This document shows, piece by piece, positions 46,206 to 56,894 of a stretch of 64,000 nucleotides of DNA. The translations under genes were made by a program, and so were the position numbers. This DNA comes from Octopus sinensis. Lineage: Eukaryota. The stretch is from positions 64,108,001-64,172,000 of the forward strand of contig NC_042998.1 in assembly GCF_006345805.1 (NCBI RefSeq), in the 5' to 3' direction. The notes under the pieces are model-generated. The model did no database searches. It was not told the origin of the DNA and worked only from the letters and a program-made list of their open reading frames with translations. Numbering within the stretch: position 1 is the stretch's first letter; every line of letters starts with the position of its first letter.

Positions 46206-46256
46206 AGCTTCCTGAAGATTTCTCTTGAATGAAACAGTTCTAGTCCTGTAGAAGCT
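46206..46256 (+). ncRNA. Type I hammerhead ribozyme in the 5' pseudo-LTR
   Basis: Stem I AGCTTC/GAAGCT, core CTGAAGA, stem II T-TTC-tctt-GAA-T (U.U closing pair), GAA, stem III ACAG-ttctagtc-CTGT, triplet GUA, predicted cut at 46250/46251. Confidence 0.85.
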
Positions 46257-46388
46257 CCTTCTATATAATAAATTATTTTTACTCTGCTATGTATTGAGTA
46301 CCTTATTTACTGTGGTTAACCCCGAATCAACCCGGGACCTACATATCCTAGCACACCCTAGTGCCCTTATAACCATCACCAAGAAAAA

Positions 46389-48428
46389 ATGCTGACAAGA
46401 ATTGCCCTCGACACTTCCCTGAAGAACATTACTATCCCACCAAGGAAACAGTACCAAAAAGCCCTCATTAGACGGACTGATGAGTTCATCAAAAGAATCC
46501 GATGGAGATCGTTCTTCTTCGACCATCCTGATGTAGCATCTACCAGTAATGATAAGTACGGCTTCAAATCAAATAAGGCCCCTCCTACCAACAGCCTACT
46601 TGAACCGTTTGAAGAAGACCTCTTCCTCATGATAAAAAACTTCAAATTCAGGAGAGTCAACTTACCTTTCCAAACGGAACTGAATGAGAAGCTTTCGAAA
46701 ATGAAAAGCTCCAAGAACCTCCATGTCCCTTCGGACAAGAGGGAAAAAAAAAAAAAAAAAAAAAAAATTTACGCGGTGACTCCGGATACCTACAACAGAC
46801 TAGCCGATAACGCCATCACAGCTAAGTACAAGAAAGTAGACGACGCAGCGCTAACTGAAACCAATTTAGCCGGGAAAGTGATTGCCACCTTCCTTAAAAT
46901 CGATGACCGAACCGAACCCCTGAGGGTGAAGTCCCCACACTTCACCCTGAAGGACCACAAAGACCATTTCGAAAATAAACCGTCGGTCCGTTTGATTAAC
47001 CCAACCAAGTCTGACATCGGATCCGTCAGCAAGAAGATCCTGGACAGGATTTTACCAAAAATGCGTGAAGCTTCACCCCTTCCACTCTGGAATAGGACCT
47101 CCGAGGCAATAACCTGGTTCCAGGATTTACCTGATAAAAGCAACACCCGATTCCTACAACTGGATATCGAGGATTACTACGCCTCCATATCGGAGAGCTT
47201 GCTGATCGACGCGATTAACTTCGCCAGGTCTTCCACCATCACCGAGGTCGAGCAAGATGTGATACTCCACGCACGTAAGACTTTTCTTTTCTATGACGGA
47301 TCCCACTGGATCAACAAAAAATCTGTGACCCCCTTCGACGTCAGCATGGGTGCTAACGACTCTGCTGAAATAAGTGAGCTAGTGGGCCTTTTCATCCTCC
47401 ATAGGCTGAAAACCCTATTCACAGGCCTCTCCGGTGGTCTTTACCGCGATGACGGCCTTTTCGCCCTCCACAAAGTAAACCCCAGGACCACGGATGGGTT
47501 CCGGAAAAATCTTTACACCTTCTTTAAAAACTTAGGCCTTAGGATTACCTTAGAATCCAACTTAACTAAAGCTAACTTCCTTGATGTCACCCTCGACTTA
47601 AAAACCTCACTTTATTACCCGTACCACAAACCGAATGAATCCCTTAAATATATAGATATTAATTCAAACCACCCCAAAAATATATTAGATAACCTAGTAA
47701 AAAGTGTCTCAATTAGAATTTCTAGCCTGTCCGCCACGGAAGATATCTTTAAGGCCGCAGCCCCCTATTACAACGAGGCCCTGGCCCGCAGTGGCTTCAA
47801 AGATAAGATTACCTATACTAGTATAGCCCCACGCCAACCCAGGAAAAATAGACGAAGACACATTAGCTGGTACAACCCCCCCTTCAACCGTGAGGTCGCT
47901 ACACCTGTAGCTAAAATCTTCTTCACTCTCCTACAGAAACACTTCCCCACCCAACATAAGTACTACACTATCCTAAATAAGAACACTATTAGACTCTCCT
48001 ACTCTACCACGCCCAATCTAGCCTGGAACCTAGCCAACAACAATGTGAAAAAACTTAACATACCTACTTTTTCCGAGGCCCATCCAACGTCCGATAGCAA
48101 TTGCAACTGCCCTGATAAAACTACCTGCCCCCTCAACAACAACTGCCTACAGAGGGACCTAGTATATACATGCGAGGTAAGATCAGGCCCTGACGATAAA
48201 AGAAAATCCTACATAGGAATGACGTCAAACAGCTTTAAGACCCGTTGGTACGCACCACACACTCGTTCCGGCGACAGGATAAATCCAACCAAACTACCCT
48301 CGCCGCCCACATCTGGTACCTTAAAAGGAATTCCATCCCCTTCAAGACCAAGTGGAAACTACTACAGAAGGCGCGCTCGTACACAGGAGGCCATACCTGT
48401 TGTGACCTCTGCATATCGGAGAGCCTAG
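46389..48428 (+). CDS. PLE reverse transcriptase, Cys-rich linker and N-terminal half of the GIY-YIG endonuclease (679 aa as read; true frame shifts near 48255)
   Basis: LDIEDYYASI, MGANDSAEISELVG, LYRDDG, NFLDVTLDL, WYNPPF, CNCPDKTTCPLNNNC, LVYTC..SYIGMT..FKTRW. Confidence 0.92.
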   Translation: MLTRIALDTSLKNITIPPRKQYQKALIRRTDEFIKRIRWRSFFFDHPDVASTSNDKYGFKSNKAPPTNSLLEPFEEDLFLMIKNFKFRRVNLPFQTELNEKLSKMKSSKNLHVPSDKREKKKKKKKIYAVTPDTYNRLADNAITAKYKKVDDAALTETNLAGKVIATFLKIDDRTEPLRVKSPHFTLKDHKDHFENKPSVRLINPTKSDIGSVSKKILDRILPKMREASPLPLWNRTSEAITWFQDLPDKSNTRFLQLDIEDYYASISESLLIDAINFARSSTITEVEQDVILHARKTFLFYDGSHWINKKSVTPFDVSMGANDSAEISELVGLFILHRLKTLFTGLSGGLYRDDGLFALHKVNPRTTDGFRKNLYTFFKNLGLRITLESNLTKANFLDVTLDLKTSLYYPYHKPNESLKYIDINSNHPKNILDNLVKSVSIRISSLSATEDIFKAAAPYYNEALARSGFKDKITYTSIAPRQPRKNRRRHISWYNPPFNREVATPVAKIFFTLLQKHFPTQHKYYTILNKNTIRLSYSTTPNLAWNLANNNVKKLNIPTFSEAHPTSDSNCNCPDKTTCPLNNNCLQRDLVYTCEVRSGPDDKRKSYIGMTSNSFKTRWYAPHTRSGDRINPTKLPSPPTSGTLKGIPSPSRPSGNYYRRRARTQEAIPVVTSAYRRA

Positions 48429-48544
48429 AGATCTTGTTCGCCAAAGGCCCTCTCCTTAACAAAATCTCAGAACACTCCCCAAATTGTATGCATAAGAAGT
48501 ATGCGAACTACAGGAACTATAGACCTACCCGGCAACCAGATTGA
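48245..48544 (+). CDS. Frameshifted C-terminal half of the GIY-YIG endonuclease
   Basis: THSF..TTLAAHIWYLK..WKLL..CDLC..E..LLNKISE..CMH is colinear with the second PLE protein (HLSSF..TTLSSKIWEF..CQLC..LLNNRIE..CIH). Confidence 0.85.
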   Translation: MVRTTHSFRRQDKSNQTTLAAHIWYLKRNSIPFKTKWKLLQKARSYTGGHTCCDLCISESLEILFAKGPLLNKISEHSPNCMHKKYANYRNYRPTRQPD

Positions 48545-48821
48545 CGACACCCCACCCACAAAACCCCCCAATCCCACCGTTCCCCTAGCACCCCCGATTA
48601 CCTTTTCTCCTAAGACCTTTCACATATTGTATGTGCACGCTTGTAGATGTGTATCATATATATGTATAGAAATGTATGGGTATAGTAGGATTATACGCAT
48701 GTATTATGTGTGGTGTGCGTGTATGTATGTAAAAGAATATATATATGTGTGTAATATATATATATATATATGTGTGTATATGTAATATATATATATAATA
48801 TATTATATAATATATTATGTA

Positions 48822-48858
<37 letters not shown>

Positions 48859-49075
48859 GCGCGTGTGTGTGTGTGTGTCTGTGTATATATGTATAGATGT
48901 ATGTATGTATATATGTATATTTGTGTGTATGCATTGTATGTGTATATGTATGTGTATGTATGTATATATATGTGTGTAAGTGTGTGTATATATGTAAATG
49001 TAAGTGTGTGTGCTTGTATGAGAATGTATGTATGTTTGCACACATGTATAATATGTGTGTGTATGTGTGTGTGTA

Positions 49076-49119
<44 letters not shown>

Positions 49120-49517
49120 TGTATACATATATATATGTATATATATGTGTATATATGTGTGTATGTATATATATGTGTATGTGAGTGTGTGTGTATACAT
49201 GTGTGTATGTGTATGTATGTATGTATATATATGCGTGTGCATGGGTATATGTAATGTACATATGCGCGTACGCCGTGTGGTTTATGTATGTGTATACGTA
49301 CAGTTATCTATGTGTGTATTTATATGTACATGTGTAGTATGTATATATATGTATGTATGGTATGTACATGTATGTGTATGTGTGTTGGTGTGTGTATTAT
49401 ATATATATGTATGTATGTGTGTATGTGTATATGTAGGTGTATGTGTGTAGGTATGTATATATTTATATGTATGTGTGTGTATATATGTATGTATATATAT
49501 ATATATATATATATATA

Positions 49518-49810
49518 ACGGGAAGCTTTATGAAAATAAACAAAAGACGAAGGCAGGTGGAAAACAAACGAACAATTGTATTAGTATGGCGCTCAGGAAA
49601 TATAAATAAAACAAGTCTTTAACGTTTCGAGCCTACGCTCTTCAACAGAAAGATACACAGAGAGAGAAAAACACAGAAAGAAGGAGAGAAAAAAAAAATG
49701 CGTGAAGTAGCTAACGAATCAACATGGCGATCTGATTTCGGCCAGAGGTCAAAGATCAAACATGAGACGCGAGAGCGAAATAAGGGGAGATAATAGGGTT
49801 GAAATGGGTG
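49518..49810 (-). mobile_element. Unrelated HHR-bearing repeat segment inserted in the 3' pseudo-LTR
   Basis: Absent from the 5' pseudo-LTR. AAAAGACGAAGGCAGGTGGA..ACAAAC is related to 13262-13300 (reverse complement). Confidence 0.6.
49616..49653 (-). ncRNA. Minimal type I hammerhead motif with variant core CUGUUGA
   Basis: Stem I UCUUU/AAAGA, CUGUUGA, extra A, stem II GAGC-guag-GCUC, GAA, palindromic stem III ACGU, triplet GUU. Confidence 0.65.
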
Positions 49811-49891
49811 AGGGACCAGCTAAAAGTGGTGGGAGGGGTCTGGATGTGTGTATGTATAGGGTTGGTGTATGTATTAGTATGTATTAAGGGG

Positions 49892-49922
<31 letters not shown>

Positions 49923-50053
49923 TATAAGTGCGTATGCGGGGTCTGGACGTGTGTATGTATAGGGTTGGTGTAAGTATTAGTATGTACTGGTATGTATTAG
50001 TATGTATTAGTTGGTGTGTGTATTAGTATGGCACTCATATGTGATGTGTAAAG

Positions 50054-50395
50054 TCATGTGGTGTAGTGAGGAGAAGAGGGGGAGGGAGGGAGAGGGGGAG
50101 AAGAGGGGGGAGAGAAGGCGAGGGGAAGAAGAGGAGGAGAGGATGGGGGAGAAGGAAGGGGAGGAGGGGGATGAAGGAGAAGAGGGAGGGAGGAGAGGGG
50201 GGAGAGAGGGAGGAGGAGGGAAGCAGAGGGAAGGGGAAGAGGGAGGGAGAAAGAGGGAAGAAGGGAAGGGGAGTAGGGGTGAAAGGATGAAGGACTGAAG
50301 AAGTAGGGGTCGGGGGGAGAAAGGATAGGTGAGGAGGGGGGGAGAGGGGGGTTAGATGAGGAGGGGGGGAGAGTTGAGACCAAATGGCGTATAAG
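50054..50395. repeat. Polypurine (GGA/GAG-rich) low-complexity tract
   Basis: Almost only G and A on the + strand for ~340 bp. Confidence 0.95.
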
Positions 50396-50413
50396 AGCGA
50401 AGAGAGAAGATTA

Positions 50414-50448
<35 letters not shown>

Positions 50449-50612
50449 TCTATGTGTGTAAGTTTATTATATGTATGTATCCGTCTATATAATAGGTAAC
50501 TGCACGTACATATACTTAATATTTATTTTTTGAGTATGCATGTATGAATAACTGCGCGTATATATATTTACTATTTACTTATTTTTTGAGTATGCATGTT
50601 AGTATGAATATA

Positions 50613-50663
<51 letters not shown>

Positions 50664-51679
50664 ATATGTACATGTATGTATTTGTATGTAGGTGTACATG
50701 TATGTATGTGTGTGTATTTATATTTATGGGTGTATATGTATAGACTAGCCTTCTAAGAGTGTAGACATGAATCTGTAGGTACGCGTATATATATATATTA
50801 TATATATATATATACATATATAATATGTACATGTATGTATTTGTATGTAGGTGTACATGTGTGTGTGTGTATTTATATTTATGGTGTATATGTATAGACT
50901 AGCCTTCTAAAAGTGTAGACATGAATCTGTAGGTACGCGTACGTATGTGTATATACGTGAATGTATGTAGATGTATGTATGTATGAATATAACGCGTGCG
51001 TGCGTGTATGCGTATGAGTGTACGACATGAGTGAGTGTACGTGCAAAGAGTGTGCGTGAGTGAATGAGTAATTGTTTTCCAGTAGCCGGATAAATGGTCT
51101 GGCTGTCATAGCCAAGATGTTTGTGACCAAGCGGCCAAAGATAACAAAAGTAATAAACGAAGATAATAAAACTAAAATTAGGGAATGGGTCTGTATTTGT
51201 ATATGTATATATATATGTGTGTATGTGTAGGTATGCATGGGTACACATATGTGTATATATATGTGTATATATATATATATATGTGTATGTATATATATGT
51301 GTATATGTATGTGTATGTATGTATATATATGTGTATGTATGTGTATGTGTGGGTGTATATATATGTGTGTATGTGTATATATGTGTATATAGGGACTTGT
51401 GTGCTGTGTGTGCATGTGTGTGTATGGATTTGTGTGTGTATGCGTGTATGTGAGTACGTGTGTGTGTATGTGTATATATATATTTTTCTGTGTGATATGT
51501 ATGTGTGGTCGTGTGTGTATATATACATGTGTGTATACGTGTATGCAAGTGAGTGTGTGTATGTATACATATATATGTGTATGTGTAGATATGTATATGT
51601 ATGTGTGAGTGTATATATATGTGTGTATGTGTAGAGGTATAAGTGAGAATCTCCTTATTTACCTAAAACTCTATCCCCC

Positions 51680-51720
<41 letters not shown>

Positions 51721-52042
51721 TTATATATATTTTTTTTTAAATTTTTTTATTTTTTTATTTTTTTATTTTTTATTTTTTTATTTTTATTATTTTTTTATTT
51801 TTTTTTTTTTTTTATTTTTATTTTTTTATATTTTTTTTATTTTCTATTTTTTATTTTTTATTTTTATTTTTTTTTTATTTTTTATTTTTTTTTATTTATT
51901 CTCCTATCTAATTTTACACTGACTCCTTGACAACTCCCCCAAGTATGATTTTTTGCACTATGCCTACCCCCAAAAAAGTCCCCCACCAACACCCCTTTAA
52001 ACCTGCCTAAATGTATAAATGCCAATACAATTCTTGTTAACT

Positions 52043-52093
52043 AGCTTCCTGAAGATTTCTCTTGAATGAAACAGTTCTAGTCCTGTAGAAGCT
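52043..52093 (+). ncRNA. Type I hammerhead ribozyme in the 3' pseudo-LTR
   Basis: Identical sequence to 46206-46256. Predicted cut at 52087/52088. Confidence 0.85.
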
Positions 52094-52192
52094 CCTTCTA
52101 TATAATAAATTATTTTTACTCTGCTATGTATTGAGTACCTTATTCACTGTGGTTAACCCCGAATCAACCCGGGACCTACATATATATATATA

Positions 52193-52866
52193 TAAGTAAT
52201 AGTAAGCAATAAGGGTTTAGCAACGAGTTGCCTTACCACATACCGAATTTAGAAATAGCAGTCAAAGGGTTATAGCTATTTCTTCTACTAAAAAGGGGAG
52301 ATCTCAGTAGATGACCACAGCATCTTGTTTTGGCTACACGCGGGTGGGAAGGGGCTGTTGACACAATCGTTTCATTCACAAATTGAATTCGGTGATACCA
52401 GTTGCGGATTCTAGCTCGCTCTGATACTGAGTTGAGTTGGTGCCTTCTGGTATCTCAAAATTCAATATATAATCATTTATGATTATAGTATTCTACGCTG
52501 AAGAGAAAAGAAGTTTCGGTAAGATAGAATTATTTAATATTTAATATTTAATTCTTATGCTTTCCTAAAAAACTTGATTTCGAAACGTACGTCCGTGGAT
52601 AACTAAAAAATGTATGATAGATTGCAGTCAATTCATTCTCTCTTACCTGTTTGTGTCTGCCTTCCAAATGCTGTTTTTACTGAGATCTCCCTTTTAGTAG
52701 AAGAAATAGCTATAACCCTTTGACTGCTATTTCTAAATTCGGTATGTGGTAAGGCAACTCGTTGCAACCCTTATTGCTTAGTATTACTTAAATTTTCCTC
52801 GAATGAGGCTTTTACATGCCGAAGACTACTTGGTGTAATTGATAATTTTTCCAAATTAATTAATTT
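52193..52866 (+). mobile_element. Solo copy of the 600-bp HHR unit with a 5' inverted ~116-bp arm, inserted in (TA)n
   Basis: 52193-52308 is an inverted repeat of ~52678-52790. The remainder is the reverse complement of the array unit. Confidence 0.85.
52492..52599 (+). ncRNA. Type I hammerhead ribozyme with extended stem II (solo unit)
   Basis: TCTACG-CTGAAGA-GAAA...TTTC-GAA-ACGTACGT-C-CGTGGA. A stem I U-A pair is replaced by U.G, which still pairs. Confidence 0.8.
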
Positions 52867-52941
52867 CACCCTTCATTATTACGGATATAATATATATATA
52901 TAATATATATCTATCTATATATATAATATATATATATATTA

Positions 52942-53007
<66 letters not shown>

Positions 53008-53160
53008 TCAGCAAAAACAATTAAGATTTAAGTGAATTCCAATGAATTCAAATGAATATGGTACTTAACTTAGATGCACCAGAATTCTTTATGGTATTAA
53101 CCATAAAATAATGTGGGGTGATTATAACCAAGAAAAAAGCAACAAGAATGGATTAGTAGA

Positions 53161-53247
53161 TTAGTACAATTGTTTCATACTAAGAGCAATTTTATTTGAA
53201 GCTGCAAATATTGCAGCAAATACGAATATTCAGTATTCATCAGCTAA
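53161..53247 (-). ncRNA. Type I hammerhead ribozyme with long stem II
   Basis: Stem I UUAG/CUAA, core CUGAUGA, stem II AUACU/AGUAU enclosing a GCUGCAA/UUGCAGC hairpin, GAA, palindromic stem III ACAAUUGU, triplet GUA. Confidence 0.82.
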
Positions 53248-54251
53248 ATCACATATATGTTTTCCAGACATCCTAGAGAGTTTGACTATCCTTACGAAGT
53301 ATTAGGAGTGACTTCTATGAAATTTACAGTCAAATTATAAGCAGACTTAAAATGCTTTCTAATGATGCACAGTTTTATAAAAAGTTTTATAAAAGATTTT
53401 TAACTTCCCAGAGAAGGTGAATCCATCCATAAAAATGTAGGTATAATTTCCTGAGAAATGAGGAAAGCTGCTGGTCACACGCCGGTTCATTTCACAACTA
53501 AGTTATTGCAAAGAGAATTTGGTTCTAGTAGTAAGCCCAAATAAAGGACATAATGGGAGGAAGGGAGTAGAGGAGTAAGAAGATATAAATAGACCATAGA
53601 CAAAGGTTAGTTTATTTCTGTGGTGACAGAAATTCTAGGTCAGTGTTGAAGGAATTTTAGATTTATAAAGGAATATTAAGTTTGACCACCACCTGCCAGG
53701 AACTGAGACCCTCACAGTGTTAATGGCAGGAAAAAAGAATACAGAGGGATCAAAGGAAGACATTAAAGGGGTCAAAGGCTATCAGTAGAGGAAGATACAG
53801 AAAGAGAGTTAAGGGTAACACTAGAATAGAAGGTTATTTATTTATTATTGTTTCTATTTTAACATATGTATAAATTGTAAGAAAGAATTTTGGTCAACAT
53901 CTAGAGGTCAAATTAAGTAAATAGTAAATGGTGGGAGAATTTTTCGTTTTCAGAGTATATAGGGAAATTACTTGTATCTTTAAGGGAATAGTATTATTTA
54001 TTAAATTTAGGATTAGGGAATATTAGCAAAATTTATATGATTTAAGTTAGGTTAATCAAATTGACTATATAGACAATTAAATTAAATTAGCACCGTACAA
54101 ATACTATTTATTTTTAGAATTAAAAAGGTACAGTTAGAAAGAAGGAACACCAGTGGAAGAGCCTACAGATTTCAATTTAAAATATTTTAGAGATTTTATT
54201 TTAAGTGAATACCAGACCGACCTAGCTAAATACGGTTATTCTATACGATTT

Positions 54252-54725
54252 CTATTTAAAATATTTTAGAGTCTTGATTTTTGAATGAATGCAAGACTGG
54301 CCTAATTCTATACGGTTATTCAATAGGTCTTTAATTTTTCTATGTTTTAGAATTTCATATGTCTCCATGGAACAGAGTTGACAACCTAACTTATTATTTT
54401 CATAAGGCATTGCCTTTCTAACTATTTCCCATTTTAGGTTATATTTAATATTATTAGAGTTGAATTCCCAGATCTTACTGGAAAGTGTGGTACAGCTAGC
54501 TTTATGACGTAACTTAAAAGAGGAGAGATGATTGCTTATTCTTTGTTTAAATTTTATAGTACAACACAGATAAAAGAATTTGCTATTCGCAGTAGTTATA
54601 GTACATTTATAGATTAAGTTATGGGCCCCACACAGACAAGATGCCGGGCATTTTGACTTAATTCTACAATTGCAACTAGGGAGATAATTTTCAGATTTAG
54701 AATTATTTAAGGATTGATCTCTCAT
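54252..54725 (-). CDS. PLE GIY-YIG endonuclease domain (157 aa), detached by a stop and frameshift
   Basis: CNCRIKSKCP..C..LIYKC..FYL..KFKQRISNH..CQLC..LLNN..CIH. Confidence 0.85.
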   Translation of the reverse strand: MRDQSLNNSKSENYLPSCNCRIKSKCPASCLCGAHNLIYKCTITTANSKFFYLCCTIKFKQRISNHLSSFKLRHKASCTTLSSKIWEFNSNNIKYNLKWEIVRKAMPYENNKLGCQLCSMETYEILKHRKIKDLLNNRIELGQSCIHSKIKTLKYFK

Positions 54726-55387
54726 ATTACCTGCTATTCAAATTATTATGAGTATTATTATCGTTATTATTGATAATATTTTTATCCGAAGTTGTGTTAC
54801 CATTTATCGATCCGATTATACTATCATTTAGATCTACCATAGTCATATCATAATTATCAATATTATTGGTATTGCTATTATTATTGTTTGTATTAATATC
54901 CGAATGGTTATTACTGCTATAGATATCGTTGTTATCTTCATTCCCGATATTATTTCTATTTGTATTGCTCATATTATTATCATTATTATTATTCCTATTA
55001 ATATCAATACCATCATTAGTTATTCCATTGCTGTTGATGCTGCACTTATCTTCATAATTCTTATTATTGCTGTTATTATTTTTATTTTTATTTTTATCTA
55101 TGATAATATTATAACAATTATTATTGGTATTCATGCTGGAATTAGTCTTATTATTCCTGGCTAACTTAATGTTTTTATTATTAATTCTAGCTATTATAGT
55201 GGACATATTTGGGAGGGTTGAGTACGAAATCCTAACTGTTCTCTTAGAAATTATTCTATGATACTTATGATAGGCTGGAAAATTTATATGTATGTATATA
55301 TATATATATATAATATATATTATATATATATATATATATACATATAATATATATATATATACATATATATATATATTAATATATATA

Positions 55388-55435
<48 letters not shown>

Positions 55436-55461
55436 ATATATATATATATATAATATATATT

Positions 55462-55496
<35 letters not shown>

Positions 55497-56894
55497 GAAA
55501 TCGAACAAAACGAACCTTGAAAATCACTCTCACACTTCTGATTCATTTACAACTGTTTCTGTTATACGTTGTAGTTCATTCGCAGCTACGTGATGGTACC
55601 TCACCTAATAGGTTCCTTGGAGAAGTTAAAATGAAATTAAAGTTACTTTTATGTAAACGTAAACCGAAAAAGAGAGACCTGAATGGTATGTTATGGTCGT
55701 ATCACTGTGCACGAGTTTATATAAAGTCTGATGGTTTAACAAATGCTTTCGATAGAATTCACTCCAACGCACAATTGTCCTTCGGAGTTCCAATTGGCTA
55801 CGGATTAAAATAAGCAATATTTCTACACCACTGGTCTTTTTGTTTTTTGCTCTGCTTACGCGTGAGATCTGTGTCTGTGATATGTAGGGGTTCTACTTGA
55901 ACTATAGAACAACTGCTAGTGTCTTAAATTTGAGCAAAGTTTGAACTGCTGTATGCTGATGATTTTTCAACACGTTGTTGATTGTTTTGCTGCTAGAGTT
56001 TGGCTTTTGATCTTTAAATTTGTTTGAAAAACTATATATTCAAACCAACACCAGGTAAAATGTTTGTGAACCGCGTATCATACTATACAAACCAAAAATG
56101 ATTGCAGATGATGGTTTTGCTTACGGAGACAAAATGTTGTCGAATGATGGTTCGTCAGATATTGAAATACATATACACATTTAGAATTTAGGACGCTTGA
56201 TGAGAGAATCTGAATAAATCATGGTATCCTCAGCAAGACTCAGATGAGCATTTACAAGGTGTGTTTATTACTGTCTGTATTGTACTTTTTCCAAACATGT
56301 ACTGTAAACTTTGCAATTCTACAGCTGCTTGGGCGCTCTCATCAAAAAGTGTTATGAGACATACTCAACATCAAGTGATTGATTAAAGCACGGACACACA
56401 ATTTCTTGCAAATATAGCTTTCAAAAAGACGAATAGCATTTCTATTAAGTATTTATTCAGAAAAAACTCAACTCTCTGGAAGGTATAATATTTTTTCACG
56501 CAAGTTGAATACCTAAAAGTAAGTAATGCAATCTCTCAACATGCTTCTAAGCTGGTGCTGAATGCTACGGAAACGTTGAGGTATTTACCAAGTTTATTGT
56601 CGAGAAAAAAGTATTACTCGCGTTTTAGCATAGTCTATGAAAAATGTATATGAAAGGAAGATTTGAGGACAAGAAATTTTTAACTCACAAGTAAATTAGA
56701 CATGACTTAACATGTGGGTTCCTTTTCTATTCAGTAAAGATTTTTAAAATCGTAACCTTCGGCATGAAATAAATACTGAAATTTATATATTATAACATTA
56801 TCTATATCTATTTATACATCAAATATTCAATTACAGTATATGACGTTATAGAAATCGTACGTACCCACACATTTTCTGTTTCAGAATCTTTATA

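Larger units (their letters stand above)
43903..52183 (+). mobile_element. Near-intact Penelope-like element (RT plus C-terminal GIY-YIG; possibly Hydra clade) with long microsatellite-rich pseudo-LTRs
   Basis: Direct repeats at 43903-46346 and 48360-52183 (the latter interrupted at ~49370-50650) flank the ORF. Each ends GGGACCTACATAT and each carries an HHR. Confidence 0.9.
53009..55290 (-). mobile_element. 5'-truncated second Penelope-like element (thumb/linker, GIY-YIG, 3' pseudo-LTR with HHR) between two (TA)n tracts
   Basis: NFPAYHKYHRIISKRTVRISYSTLPNM is homologous to HFPTQHKYYTILNKNTIRLSYSTTPNL of the first PLE. GIY-YIG ORF at 54252-54725. Confidence 0.88.

Noticed and set aside
46389-48544. 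Naiad-type selenoprotein PLE
   Set aside because: The endonuclease is C-terminal, and there are no in-frame TGA codons in the ORF.
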